Source: an uncultured Fibrobacterota bacterium
Lineage (GTDB): Bacteria; Fibrobacterota; Chitinivibrionia; Chitinivibrionales; FEN-1185
Length of the DNA stretch: 64,000 bases
Reading direction: 5' to 3'
Assembly (NCBI GenBank): GCA_963729895.1
Contig: CAVSQB010000027.1
Coordinates: forward strand, 32,001-96,000
The notes beneath the pieces are model-generated. The model saw only the letters and a program-made list of their open reading frames with translations. It did not search any database and was not told the origin of the DNA. Made by a program: the position numbers and the translations under genes. Positions 18,205-28,890 of the stretch are shown in pieces (within the stretch, counting starts at the first letter, position 1; every line of letters begins with the position of its first letter).

Positions 18205-18800
18205 GCGAAAATCTCAAGATAACATTTTTGTGTGCTTGGCGTGTGCAGCATATCAGAACGATTTTTGGGATTGCTGAGCCGGTGCGGCACTATACAAGTA
18301 ATATCTTGGATTGCTGAGCGGGTGCAGCGTGGATGTGCCCGTGGCAATATCGAAACAAAGATATGGGCGCCTCGTTGCTATGCAGCGGCGGCCCTCCTTC
18401 CGCGCCACCCCTTCGGGTGCTTCCAAGGGTCGTCGGCCGTTCGGCCTCGGTACCGCCTGTCCCTATGCCGCTGTGTCTCGATACGCCGCTCCCCGAGCGT
18501 CCCGCAGGGATGTATCGAGGGGAGCGGCACTCGACAATCAGCGGCGGGGTCAGGCGGCACTGCGCTCTGCGCACGTTTCAGTCCGGCCTGGCGCGGAGCA
18601 GAAGAACAATTCCACAATTGTCAACTTCACCTATGAGACAATGCATCCAAAGCGAATCAAACGCTCACCTGTACAGCGGCACCTCGTGGGTGCCCCACAA
18701 CGCAAGATTGGATTCTCGCCGCAACACCCACCATGGGGTCACCCGGCACTGCCATCCAAATGCATTTATCTATTAACTTCTCCCGGCTCAGCCCTCCACA
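18205..18800 (+). repeat. Mosaic intergenic element, copy B
   Basis: 18-bp units at 18233, 18272, 18312; GGGCGCC/CACCCCTTCGGGTG module; GGGTGCCCCAC...GGGGTCACCC hairpin; inverted end units. Confidence 0.85.
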
Positions 18801-19741
18801 TGAATGTGCGTCGGACTTTCGATTGATGTGGCATCGACATAGAGCGCGGCGATCCTGCAATATGCCCAGGCGCCGTACACGCCCAATGAGACCAGCGTCA
18901 GGAGTACCTGCGCCCAGGTAACCTTCCACACGTGGAAATACTCAAGCTTTACGCGCAGAGAATGCGTTGCCGCGCCGTCGCGTGAGATCACGGTCCTGTT
19001 GACGAAGTAATCATAGAGCTTTGCAATCGCAATTGGAAAGTAGATGCCGGCCGTGACCAGGGTCAGCAGAACCTGCGCGAGAATCGTAAGCATCGAGGGG
19101 CCCGCAGCGGTGTTCCATTCCACCGTAAAGCCTTTGTAGGTTATGTGTATCATCCATTTGTAGTACAAGTAGAAATACGGCACCAACACGACGTAGATAA
19201 CCGCAAGGGAAACGATTCGCAAGGGAACGGATGCCTGGAACGCCTTCATCATATACGCGTACCAGGCTCCCCACGCGATCAGGGGCAGAATCCCCGTCAG
19301 AAGGAGAATGGCGAAAAGATGCAGCCCTTTCCCGCCGAAACCGAACCTGCTTCCTTTGTATTCGAGGTTGGACGAAATATGCCGCAGTACGTTCCGGATG
19401 TACCAGGGATAAAAGATCCCGAGGGTGACTATCGACAACAGGATATTCCCGATGTTAAGAAGCACAAAACCGCCGATGGTGCCTTTGTACCCGAACGGTT
19501 CATTGTCGAGCCGGACGCTCGCGAAAATCCTGGTGAGTACCGGCACCACCAGGACGAGCAGCGCCGCCATCATGAACGCAAACAGGAGAAAAAAATAGAA
19601 AAGGTTGGAAAGGTTCCGGGGCTCTGCGCGCATGTGCGCGGACAGGAAATGCATCGCTATGTTGGGTACTGCATACACCATCAAGACGGCGAGGTACAGG
19701 CCGAACCAGTCCTTGCCTTTGAGCTTGAACGCAAACCTCAT
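18788..19741 (-). CDS. DUF898/YjgN-like membrane protein
   Basis: Repeated LLSIVTLGIFYPW / LTLVTAGIYFP / LTLVSLGVYGAW motifs; RBS GGAGG. Confidence 0.8.
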   Translation of the reverse strand: MRFAFKLKGKDWFGLYLAVLMVYAVPNIAMHFLSAHMRAEPRNLSNLFYFFLLFAFMMAALLVLVVPVLTRIFASVRLDNEPFGYKGTIGGFVLLNIGNILLSIVTLGIFYPWYIRNVLRHISSNLEYKGSRFGFGGKGLHLFAILLLTGILPLIAWGAWYAYMMKAFQASVPLRIVSLAVIYVVLVPYFYLYYKWMIHITYKGFTVEWNTAAGPSMLTILAQVLLTLVTAGIYFPIAIAKLYDYFVNRTVISRDGAATHSLRVKLEYFHVWKVTWAQVLLTLVSLGVYGAWAYCRIAALYVDATSIESPTHIHVEG

Positions 19742-19994
19742 GGAGACCTCCTTCGTGTGTGGAACGTGAGCGGACAGTCCGGCCGAAAAACCAGGTGACG
19801 CACACCAGAGTATACGGTCTTCGACGGCTTTTGTCAACGGCAACAGGCCCGGCGCATCGCCTCACCTTGAACGTGACCGAAGCATCCTCGATATCGGGGC
19901 TCACGCAACGCGAGCGGCTGGGACATCCCTATGGATTTTGTTTACGAACATTGAAATCGGATCATTACGGGAGTTCGGATAGTATTTTTAAACA

Positions 19995-20699
19995 ATGACT
20001 ATGCCGATGTTGGTCCCCATCCTCTTCGAATCCGCCGACATTATCGCCGTGGACAAACCGGAAGGCCTCACCTCCATTCCCGGGTCCGAAAAGGGAAAAG
20101 CCACGCTTCTGGAGCTGCTGACCGCGCAGTACGGCCGGAAGCTGTTTGTGGTTCACCGTCTTGACAAAGACGTGAGCGGGGTGATGCTGTTTGCCGCCGG
20201 CGCGGCCGCCCACAAATGCCTCAACGGCCAGTTTGCCGCGCACACCGTGCGCAAGGCGTATCTCGCGCTTGTCCACGGAACGCTCGATGAGGAAAAAGGA
20301 AGCATCATCAAACCAATCCACCGGTTCGGCTCGGGCCGCATGGGCGTCGACCAGTTGCGGGGAAAACCGAGCAGCACGAACTTTGAGGTGCTGGAGAGGT
20401 CGGCGAAATATACTCTTGTCAAGGCCTTGCCCCTCACGGGCCGCACGCACCAGATCCGGGTGCATTTTTACAGCATCGGCCACCCCATCGTGGGAGACAG
20501 GCTCTACGGCGACACGGCGGCGCAGGCCGCGTTCCCGCGAATGATGCTTCATGCGCAGACGATCACGTTCAAATTGTTGTCCGGCGAAGAGAAGACCCTT
20601 GAGGCGCCTGTGCCGCAATCGTTTGTTGCGGGGTTGGATTCGCTGCTCACTCATGACCGTCCGCATTTGCAAACATCCTTGACTTGCGGGCGAGAATAA
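19995..20699 (+). CDS. RluA-family pseudouridine synthase
   Basis: VDKPEG, VHRLDKDVSG, TGRTHQIRVH, GHPIVGD, MLHA. Confidence 0.93.
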   Translation: MTMPMLVPILFESADIIAVDKPEGLTSIPGSEKGKATLLELLTAQYGRKLFVVHRLDKDVSGVMLFAAGAAAHKCLNGQFAAHTVRKAYLALVHGTLDEEKGSIIKPIHRFGSGRMGVDQLRGKPSSTNFEVLERSAKYTLVKALPLTGRTHQIRVHFYSIGHPIVGDRLYGDTAAQAAFPRMMLHAQTITFKLLSGEEKTLEAPVPQSFVAGLDSLLTHDRPHLQTSLTCGRE

Positions 20700-20732
20700 T
20701 TTTGGGAAAGCAATGTTGGCAAAGGAGGATCA

Positions 20733-22058
20733 ATGAATCGCACGGTTCTCTCTTCCCTGCTTGCCATTACACTCTACGCGTGCGGGATCGATGCGGCAAC
20801 CTTTCTTGTCGGACAAGCCCGCGCCTTCAAAACGCCGTCGGATGTTGCCGGCACCGTGGGCAATGGCGACACGGTACTGATCGATACCGGAACCTATACC
20901 GGGCAGGCATGCACCTGGAGCGCAAACAACCTGACGTTGCGGGGTGCTGCACGGTATGCACATCTGATTCCGCCGAACCCGGTGCCCAATGAGAAAGCGA
21001 TATGGATAATCGACGGACAGAATACGACGGTTGAGAATATAGAGTTTTCGGATGCCTCGATATCCGATGCGGATGGCGGCAACGGCGCCGGCATCCGTCA
21101 GGAAGGCGTCAATCTCATTGTCCGGCATTGTTATTTTCATGATTGTCAGGATGGAATTCTTGAAAGCAATATTGCGGCGAGCAACATAACCATGGAATAT
21201 TCGGAATTCGCCCGCTGCGGAAATGCGACCGGCCCGAATTCCGGTTACACTCACAATATTTACATCGGCCACTGTGCGTCGCTGACCATGCGGTTCTGCT
21301 ATTCCCATGACGCACTGGTGGGACATACGCTCAAGAGCCGGGCCCATACGAATTACATTTTCTGCAACCGTATAATGTCGCTGAACAGCACCACCAGTTA
21401 TGAAGCGAGTTTTCCGAACGGCGGGACGGCGTTTCTCATCGGCAATTGCGTTGAGCAGGGGCCCAATTCGCAGAATTCCGTGATTATTGACTACGGATCG
21501 GAAGGGCTTTCCGGGTACGATTCCTCATTTTATGTTGTCAACAATACGGTGGTCAACGATCTCGGCAGCGGTACATTCGTGAGGATCGCGAATACGTCAC
21601 AAGCCGCAAGAGTCATCAATAACCTCTTTTCCGGACCGGGAACACCGTATTCCGGGCCGGTTGACACAACGGCAAACATTTTCACCACTGCGCCGGGCTT
21701 TGTGGACAAAGCCAATTTCGATTACCACCTTACCGCAACATCGCCTGCGGTCGACAAGGGGGTAAATCCGGGCGCCGTGGGCTCCCTTAGTCTGGCGCCC
21801 GATTCACAGTATGTATACGACCTGAACGGGTCGCCGCGAAGCATTGTCGGGGCCGCCATCGATGTGGGTGCGTTTGAGTATTCGCCTTTATCCGTGGTGT
21901 CGCCGCAGGCCCCGATTCTGCAGATGTCGTCGAATCGCCGTGCTTACAGGCTCGGCTTTCATCCGCGGCTGGACATGATGGGACGGTTGATTTCAGGTAA
22001 TCAACAAAAGGCGGGAGCGCGTACAAGCGCGTTCATGATAGGGCCGGATCTTCCTTGA
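20733..22058 (+). CDS. Secreted right-handed parallel beta-helix (pectin-lyase-like) protein
   Basis: Signal peptide; GNGAGIR, HNIYIGH, GHTLKSRA repeats; DYHLTATSPAVDKG...DVGAFE tail. Confidence 0.75.
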   Translation: MNRTVLSSLLAITLYACGIDAATFLVGQARAFKTPSDVAGTVGNGDTVLIDTGTYTGQACTWSANNLTLRGAARYAHLIPPNPVPNEKAIWIIDGQNTTVENIEFSDASISDADGGNGAGIRQEGVNLIVRHCYFHDCQDGILESNIAASNITMEYSEFARCGNATGPNSGYTHNIYIGHCASLTMRFCYSHDALVGHTLKSRAHTNYIFCNRIMSLNSTTSYEASFPNGGTAFLIGNCVEQGPNSQNSVIIDYGSEGLSGYDSSFYVVNNTVVNDLGSGTFVRIANTSQAARVINNLFSGPGTPYSGPVDTTANIFTTAPGFVDKANFDYHLTATSPAVDKGVNPGAVGSLSLAPDSQYVYDLNGSPRSIVGAAIDVGAFEYSPLSVVSPQAPILQMSSNRRAYRLGFHPRLDMMGRLISGNQQKAGARTSAFMIGPDLP

Positions 22059-22106
22059 TTTTTTTCCGGACACATGCTGCACCGCAGGAACCGCAACGTG
22101 CGCCGA

Positions 22107-22829
22107 CTAGGCGGATTCCTGCTTTTCCATTGCCTTGTTGCGCAGGTCACGGGGCATTTTTTCTATCGCATACCGCAATGCCGTTCGCGGCATCACATTC
22201 CTGTTCTTCATGACGTACTCGAACACCTCCTGCGGGTGGAGCTTGCTCGCTTCCTTGAGCATCCAGCCATAGCCTTTCTGCACCAGGTCGTCGCGGTCCT
22301 CAAGCAGGATGCCGGCGATGTCGAAAACATCCTTGAGAAATCTGCCGTGGCGCGCCGGAAGAATGAGCGTGACCGCGGCGGCGCGCCGCTTCCACCGGTT
22401 GTCCGACGCGGCCCACGATTTCAACCGCTTCACGTATGCGGGAAACGCGTCCACAAAGGAACCCACGGCGTGGTTGCACAGGGTGTCGCATTCGGCCCAG
22501 TTGCTCACAGAGGCGGAAAGCCAGCGTTCGAACACGGCAAAGTCGGCCTCCTCGAACGACGCGTGCAGGTTGTAGGCCCATTCGTAGGCGATAATCGCCG
22601 CCTCGACATACCCGGACTTCAACAGTTCTTCACATAAGGCAAAGATCTCCTTCTTCCCGCGCTTCTTTACCAGCGCGAAATGCTCGCGTCCGATGCGGCG
22701 ATAAGCCGTTGAAGGCGCGCCGTAGAACTTCACCTTTTCCTTGAAGAACGTTTCCGCGGTCTTCCTGGATTTTTCGCTGCCGCTTTGCTTGAGCGACCGC
22801 TGGATGCTTCGGACGACGTCATCCGTCAT
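22107..22829 (-). CDS. DNA alkylation repair protein (AlkD-like HEAT repeat)
   Basis: NWAECD, WAASDNRWKRR, DLVQKGYGWMLKE, MPRTALRYAIEK. Confidence 0.88.
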   Translation of the reverse strand: MTDDVVRSIQRSLKQSGSEKSRKTAETFFKEKVKFYGAPSTAYRRIGREHFALVKKRGKKEIFALCEELLKSGYVEAAIIAYEWAYNLHASFEEADFAVFERWLSASVSNWAECDTLCNHAVGSFVDAFPAYVKRLKSWAASDNRWKRRAAAVTLILPARHGRFLKDVFDIAGILLEDRDDLVQKGYGWMLKEASKLHPQEVFEYVMKNRNVMPRTALRYAIEKMPRDLRNKAMEKQESA

Positions 22830-22983
22830 AAGCGCTTCTCTTTCCTTGTTGCAAACGGTTGTTTCACGACATTGGTTTGGGGTAACTCCCGTCGCAACCG
22901 TTGTTTTGTCGCGACGGGCTCACCTCGATCGGCAATTCCATGCAGATTTCGGCCCTTTTCCCTTCGCCCTGAAGCAGGAATAG

Positions 22984-23292
22984 TTATCCTGTTACCCCGA
23001 ATACCTGGTCCCAATTCACCTCATCCACCGGCCGTTTCTTTGTGGGGGCTGCGGACGGGTTGGCTCCGGACGGTATGTTGCCCATCGCTCCGCACTCTCT
23101 CAAGATCTGTTGGCATTGGCACAGGCATGGGTTATTTGCATCCCCGTTCATGCTTTGCCCGTTGGATGCGCCCATGGCAGGACTCGTACCGGATTGTGTG
23201 ACGCCCGGGGATGCCGGGTCGCCTGCAAAGGAAAGAACCGCGCTTACGAGAACCGCCGAAACCGCCCCGATAATGATTCTTTGAAGTTTCAT
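22984..23292 (-). CDS. Small secreted hypothetical protein
   Basis: Signal peptide, RBS AAAGGAG, Cys cluster. Confidence 0.55.
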   Translation of the reverse strand: MKLQRIIIGAVSAVLVSAVLSFAGDPASPGVTQSGTSPAMGASNGQSMNGDANNPCLCQCQQILRECGAMGNIPSGANPSAAPTKKRPVDEVNWDQVFGVTG

Positions 23293-23495
23293 GGGGAACT
23301 CCTTTCACTTTTTTCAGGAGTACACCTCCCCTTTCCCTCCTCACTAAAAATACGCCGGAAACCGCCGTCATATTGCCCGAAACGCAGAAACCCAGGCGGC
23401 TGCGACGCCGCAAGCCTGGGAATCCTCGCGGCCGGACAATGATGTGTCAAGGCCCATTTGTCGGTTCGGTTGCTTTTTCCAGGCAGGCGTAGCGC

Positions 23496-24209
23496 TTACG
23501 CGGAAGGCGTGGAACAGGAAATGTCTTCAAACACAAGGCAGGCGTTGCCCGTGCCTCCGCAATCGACCTCGAGCGAATACTTCAAGTCGGCCTGCACATC
23601 GTCGAATTCGAATTCCACGCTCTGGTCGCCCTGTTGGGTTCCATCGGTCATCGCCATCGTTTTGCTGTAGGTGGCCTCGGAATCGGTGCTGAAAAGCCTG
23701 AATGAATCGTTTTGGAGGCGCTCGTCGCTCGCATCAGCCTCGATGCGGACAACGATGGACGCGGCGGCATGCGGAAGGGTGAGCGTTTCGCTTTCCGCCT
23801 TCTTGTCGGCGCGCGAATGCTCGGCCGTAAAGAAATAGTCGACGGAACCGTCTTTGTAGTCGTCGGGAAAGAAGAGCTGGAGCTGGGCCTGGGCCACGCC
23901 GCCGTCCTCATTGGCGTCGGCCTTGTGCTTGAGGTCCTGATCCGCCCCCTGGTAGGTGCAGAACAGTTTGAACGTTACGCGGGTCTGCGAGGTTTGCTCC
24001 TTGTACGCAACGGAGACCTGCACCGCGCATTTGTCGTTGAACCCGATTCCCGCGTCCGGCGGAACGAATTTCGCGTCCGACAACGTCACGATCGACCCGG
24101 CCTTTTCCCCGGCCGGGTCGTCGGCCGCCGCGGGTTGTTGCTTGTCGTCGTCGTGCACGGGCTTCATGAAAAAGCCCGGGTCGTTGATGTCATGCCAGGG
24201 TTCGGACAT
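23496..24209 (-). CDS. Hypothetical acidic beta-rich protein
   Basis: GC3-biased 237-aa ORF with RBS AAGGAG. Confidence 0.65.
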   Translation of the reverse strand: MSEPWHDINDPGFFMKPVHDDDKQQPAAADDPAGEKAGSIVTLSDAKFVPPDAGIGFNDKCAVQVSVAYKEQTSQTRVTFKLFCTYQGADQDLKHKADANEDGGVAQAQLQLFFPDDYKDGSVDYFFTAEHSRADKKAESETLTLPHAAASIVVRIEADASDERLQNDSFRLFSTDSEATYSKTMAMTDGTQQGDQSVEFEFDDVQADLKYSLEVDCGGTGNACLVFEDISCSTPSA

Positions 24210-24391
24210 ACGGTTAACGCTCCTTGTAGGGATTGCAGCAAGGGCCCTTGTCTAAAATACGAAACGAAAAGAGCTGCTGCCAGTTTCTTGTGATCGGAAG
24301 AGGAAGCGGCGGATCACCGGCTAGCGCGGCGTCCGTGGGATGAGGGGCTTGCTGCAGCGGTCCTGTCTAACCGTGACTACCCGCGAAGACA

Positions 24392-25714
24392 TTATCTGAG
24401 ATACTTGACGAAACAAATGCCTTCCTTGGCAATTGACAAAGGCAAACACGCGGTGGTCCCCGAGATGTGTTGTTTTTTCCACAACCTGACGCCGTTCACA
24501 CTGTACACTTCAAATCCCTTCACATCGGAAGGCACCGGTATTTCCGGGCTGCCGCGGGAAACTGCCAGCAACTTCCCGCACGCATCAAAAGGTTTGGTCT
24601 GACGATCAGCCCCGGTTTTCCCGGAAACAACAGCCGTGGGAATAGCCGCGATCAGCGAAACGCCTTCCCCTGCCAGAAGGAATGCGCCGTGGCCTTCCGG
24701 AATTGAAGTTGCCATGGTCGGGCTGCCCGGTTGGTTGCTCCACGGCTGCCCGTAGCCGACCCTCCCGTTCGTGTCCACAACCTTGACAAGCGCCGACCAT
24801 GCCTTGCGGATGGGGGGCACAAATGTGCCCGTATCCAATATCCCCCACGACACGCCGAGCGCCATTGCGTAGGCGAAAAACGAGGTACAGCTTGACTCGG
24901 GGTTTGGAAACTCGGTCGGCTCGAAAAGGCTCGTACGCCACATTCCATCAGGCTGCTGCTTGCTGCGAATGGTATCGCAGAACATTTTGAATGTCGCCTC
25001 CCACGCCGGCCTGTACTTTGAATTCGCCGGCATGTACTTGAGCGCGCGAACAAGGCCTCCCAGCACCCAGGCGTTTCCCGGGCCCCAGAACTGCGGATAG
25101 CCGTCGGCGGTTTTCTTGAAACTTGCCAGCGTGTTCCAGTACCAGAGCTTATACACCGTGTCCTGGAAATCTTTTTCCGCCCCGCGGAACATGACGTTGA
25201 GGGAATCGTAATACATCGGATTTCCGGTAATGTACCCCATCATGGCGAAATCCGGCAGGCCCATATAGACGGCGTCCTGCCATCCGAAAAGATGATTGAC
25301 CGGCTGTTGCAGTATTCCGTCGAGTGCGGTTTTTGAGACCTGATATTTGGAGGCATTGGCCGGAACCGAGTCCACGATATACCGTTCGCAGAACGTCTGG
25401 ATGCAGCACAGGTTGTCGCCGGTCCCGCCGCCCCACGTCCAGTTCCAGCCGTTTCCCCACTTGTCAATGCTGTCGAGCCATTGCTGCTCCTTGGTGGTAC
25501 GGTAGAGGCCCGTGATGCCGGTCATGATGGTGCCGCCGTCCCAGTTCCTGTTGATGCCGGCGGCGGTGCCGCCGCCCCAGGTGGCAAAGGCGTATCTCGC
25601 CACCTTCCGCATAATGCTCTTGATGCTGTCCGGGCTGAACTCGTCCGCGCTTGCCGCCTGAGCGATCAACAAAAGTGAGACGAGAATGACGGCCGCCCGA
25701 AAACTGCTTCTCAT
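24392..25714 (-). CDS. Secreted GH88/GH105 unsaturated glycuronyl hydrolase with C-terminal sorting-like domain
   Basis: NWDGGT, WQDAVYMG, FWGPGNAWV, QQPDGMWR, PESSCTSFF, GHGAFLLAG. Confidence 0.85.
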   Translation of the reverse strand: MRSSFRAAVILVSLLLIAQAASADEFSPDSIKSIMRKVARYAFATWGGGTAAGINRNWDGGTIMTGITGLYRTTKEQQWLDSIDKWGNGWNWTWGGGTGDNLCCIQTFCERYIVDSVPANASKYQVSKTALDGILQQPVNHLFGWQDAVYMGLPDFAMMGYITGNPMYYDSLNVMFRGAEKDFQDTVYKLWYWNTLASFKKTADGYPQFWGPGNAWVLGGLVRALKYMPANSKYRPAWEATFKMFCDTIRSKQQPDGMWRTSLFEPTEFPNPESSCTSFFAYAMALGVSWGILDTGTFVPPIRKAWSALVKVVDTNGRVGYGQPWSNQPGSPTMATSIPEGHGAFLLAGEGVSLIAAIPTAVVSGKTGADRQTKPFDACGKLLAVSRGSPEIPVPSDVKGFEVYSVNGVRLWKKQHISGTTACLPLSIAKEGICFVKYLR

Positions 25715-25839
25715 AAGATACCCCTTTGTGCCGTGCAACGGCACATCCTGAATATAATGATTTTTCCCGCGCGCGCCGTTGAATTGTTCCATTGCCGGAG
25801 GTGCAGGCCGCCGGCGTGCGTGCCCGGGTTGTGCGGGGT

Positions 25840-25859
25840 CGTATACAAACTGAATACAT
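25840..25859. promoter_or_regulatory. Putative TIGR02147 operator box 4 (divergent GH105/TIGR02147 promoter region)
   Basis: CGTATACAAACTGAATACAT; the reverse complement ATGTATTCAGTTTGTATACG has the same layout as boxes 1-3. Confidence 0.5.
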
Positions 25860-25923
25860 AAACTGGTTTTCTTCCCCGTTTTCCGGTGTATCACCTCCGC
25901 ACTTTATGGTAGATTTATCGTAT

Positions 25924-26781
25924 ATGGAAAAGGTCTTCACCTACATTGATTACCGAAAATTCCTCCTCGATTATTACAATGAGAAGAAGGCCACCACGCA
26001 CTTTTTTTCCTACCGGTATTTCTCGAACAAGGCAAGCATCAAGTCGCCGGTGTTCCTCAAGCAGGTGATTGAGGGCGAGCGCAATCTCACCCTGCAAACC
26101 ATCGACAAATTCATCGGCGCGCTCAATCTTAACAAAAAGGAAGCCACGTTCTTCCGGCACCTGGTCCAGTTCAATCAGTCGACAACGGCGATCGAAAAGC
26201 AGGAACACTACAGTGTCATGCTGTCGATGATGGACTACGTCAACGAGCACCGGCTCTCTGCTGACCAGTATGCCTACTTCGATACGTGGTTCAACAGCGC
26301 GGTGCGCGAGCTGATCTGCCTGTACGATTTCCGCGACAACTGGGACCTGCTTGCACGAAGCGTGCGGCCGGCCATTACGCCGCGCGACGCGAAACAGTCG
26401 GTGGAACTGCTCGTGAGGCTCAACCTGGTGAAGAAACAGAAAAACGGCTCCTACCGGCAGACCGATTCGGCCATAACCAGCGGCGGCGACGTTCTCTCCC
26501 CGGCCAGGCGTTCGTTCAACAGCGCCATGCTCCTGCTCGCCCGCGATTCCAACGAATCCCTTCCGCCCGACGTGAGGAACATCTCGGGCGTCACCCTGGG
26601 CATATCAAAAGCGTGCTACCACGTGCTCATCGCCGAACTCACGGCATTCAAGGAACGGGTGATCTCTATTGTCAACAGGGATGAGGAAAGCAGCAGGGTA
26701 TACCAGTTCAATTTCCAGCTTTTTCCGCTGAGTGAAGATACGAACGACATCAAGACGCACGACAAAGGGACCGACCGATGA
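25924..26781 (+). CDS. TIGR02147 family protein (DUF4423), paralogue 2
   Basis: VFTYIDYRKFLLDYY, FSYRYFS, EGERNL, WFNSAVRE, VYQFNFQLFPL; clear paralogue of 2577-3422. Confidence 0.88.
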   Translation: MEKVFTYIDYRKFLLDYYNEKKATTHFFSYRYFSNKASIKSPVFLKQVIEGERNLTLQTIDKFIGALNLNKKEATFFRHLVQFNQSTTAIEKQEHYSVMLSMMDYVNEHRLSADQYAYFDTWFNSAVRELICLYDFRDNWDLLARSVRPAITPRDAKQSVELLVRLNLVKKQKNGSYRQTDSAITSGGDVLSPARRSFNSAMLLLARDSNESLPPDVRNISGVTLGISKACYHVLIAELTAFKERVISIVNRDEESSRVYQFNFQLFPLSEDTNDIKTHDKGTDR

Positions 26782-28391
26782 GAGCGTTTTTTATAGCCGC
26801 CGCATTCTGCCTGGCGATTTCCTGCCAGCGAACCGCGGACCTCGCCGGCGGCACCAGTTCGTCGGAGAACGCAAAAGTCAACGGCACCATAACCGATGCG
26901 ACGGGCGCTCCGGCGTCCGGCGCGCGGGTGATGCTCATACCGTCCGGCCTCAATCCGGCCCTGGGCCAGCCTGGCAAGAGCATCGCCCGCGACACGACCA
27001 ACGGTGCGGGCGCCTATGCGTTCGACGGCATCGCTCCGGGGACGTATAATATCCAGGCCGCAAGCGCGGCAAACGGCACGTCGCTCCTTATCACCGGAAT
27101 CGCGCTCAACAGCAAAGACTCCCTTACCGTTCCGCCGGATACGCTCCGTGGAAACGGCACCATCATCGTCGTGTTCAAAAATTCCCCCGATTCTTCAGCA
27201 CTCAATGTTTACATTCCAGGAACCACCTGTTTTGAGACCGTTGCGGCCAACGCCACGTCCGTTGCGATCGATTCGGTTCCGTGTGGGACCATTCCTTCCG
27301 TCCTCATGCAGAAAAACGGAACGTCCGCTCCCGTTCTTGTCGGCAGCAACGTGAGCGTTCAGCCGTCCGACACCACCTATCTTTCGAATTCGGCGAAAAT
27401 CTATATCAACACCTCCTCGACAGGCGCCAATGTTTCCCAAACAATAACCCATTTCCCCCTGCTCGTCCGCCTGGATTCCACGTTTGCGTTCGGCCAGGCC
27501 AGGCCCGACGGCGGCGATATCCGGTTTGCAAAACAGGACGGAACGCCGCTCCATTACGAAATCGCGCGCTGGGACACCGCTGCCAAACAGGCTGCCGTGT
27601 GGGTCTCGGTGGATACCGTGTACCCGAATTCCTACACACAGCATATTACCATGTCGTGGGGATATTCCACCTTGCAAAGCGCGTCGAACTCTGCGGCGGT
27701 TTTCACTACCTCTTTCGGTTTTGCCGGGGTGTGGCACCTCGAAGATGCGGCAACGGCCCTGGGAACGGCGATGGCGTTTAGAGACGCAACGAACAACGCG
27801 GCCTGGGGATCCGACTTCATCGCCGCGGTCGACCGGGACGGCGTTGTCGGGCTGGGTCACGATTTCAACGGATCGGATTATATCCTGGTGAGCAAACAGA
27901 TCCTGTCGATGGCGTCGGGCGACTTTACCATCGCGCTGTGGGCGAATCTTCGCAGGGAACGCGGCGCGCTCGTCTCAAAGGACACCGCGACCTCCCAGGA
28001 TTCGTGCGCGCGGCAGTTGTACCTCGGCGATGCTCCGGGCGATTCAAGCGGCCTGTACCCCACGTTCGGCGGTAAGGCCTGCGGCACCGCAACGGCGAAT
28101 GCGGCCGTGTCGCTCAACGCGTGGCATTACCTTGCGTTTACCTGGAGCAACGGATCGAAGACGCCGTTGTTCTACATCGACGGCGTGCAAACGGGACTGT
28201 CTGCAAACTCGCTCACCTCGGGCTGTCCCGACAATCCGAGGGACAGGATCGTTTTCGGGTACGATGTCCAGTACCTGTTCGGCTATCTTGACGAAATACA
28301 TATTTCCGGAGCCGCACGGTCGGCCGGATGGATAAAACTCTCGTACGAAAATCAGCGGCCGGGCCAGACGCTCGTCACCATTGTGCAGTAG
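26778..28391 (+). CDS. Putative lipoprotein: Ig-like + DUF2341 + LamG/concanavalin domain
   Basis: LAISC lipobox, AGGTSSSENAK; FPLLVRL...GGDIRF...YEIARWD (DUF2341); GVWHL...WHYLAFTW...GYLDEI...RSAGWIKLSYENQ (LamG); ATGA overlap. Confidence 0.8.
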   Translation: MRAFFIAAAFCLAISCQRTADLAGGTSSSENAKVNGTITDATGAPASGARVMLIPSGLNPALGQPGKSIARDTTNGAGAYAFDGIAPGTYNIQAASAANGTSLLITGIALNSKDSLTVPPDTLRGNGTIIVVFKNSPDSSALNVYIPGTTCFETVAANATSVAIDSVPCGTIPSVLMQKNGTSAPVLVGSNVSVQPSDTTYLSNSAKIYINTSSTGANVSQTITHFPLLVRLDSTFAFGQARPDGGDIRFAKQDGTPLHYEIARWDTAAKQAAVWVSVDTVYPNSYTQHITMSWGYSTLQSASNSAAVFTTSFGFAGVWHLEDAATALGTAMAFRDATNNAAWGSDFIAAVDRDGVVGLGHDFNGSDYILVSKQILSMASGDFTIALWANLRRERGALVSKDTATSQDSCARQLYLGDAPGDSSGLYPTFGGKACGTATANAAVSLNAWHYLAFTWSNGSKTPLFYIDGVQTGLSANSLTSGCPDNPRDRIVFGYDVQYLFGYLDEIHISGAARSAGWIKLSYENQRPGQTLVTIVQ

Positions 28392-28890
28392 CGGTCATCC
28401 CGGCCGGAAACATTCTTTGACAGTACAAGCCAAGCTACCTGGGGCCGCTCACTTCTGTATCTGGGTGACGTGGGTTTTTTGCAGGCAGAGGGGGGTCTGC
28501 TGCAGACGACGCATTTGGCTCCAGGTGCTTGTGCTTTTCCCGCCGCCATAGAGGGCGGGCATTCTTAAAACGCAAATTGCCGGTACTCGTGCGCTATTCC
28601 TGTGCGTGGTTACCGGCTAGAAACCTCTTCCCGTTTGCGGAGGATGCCCGCCTCTTCTTTCCGCTGCAGCCGTCTCAGCCCCTTTATCGCACCCCGGCCT
28701 TTCACGTGGTTGTGGTACAAAGGGTTTCTATTGCGTATATTTCCAACCGGTTCCAACCGCATCCGACAGTGCGTTGTTGCCGGCCCGTGCTTCAATGCCG
28801 GACTTCGTCGGAATTATTTTGTCGCGAGGCGCCTTGCTTTGGCAGGGGCATTTCCGCACGTGCTCGATCATCCGAATCCCGATGGTACCG

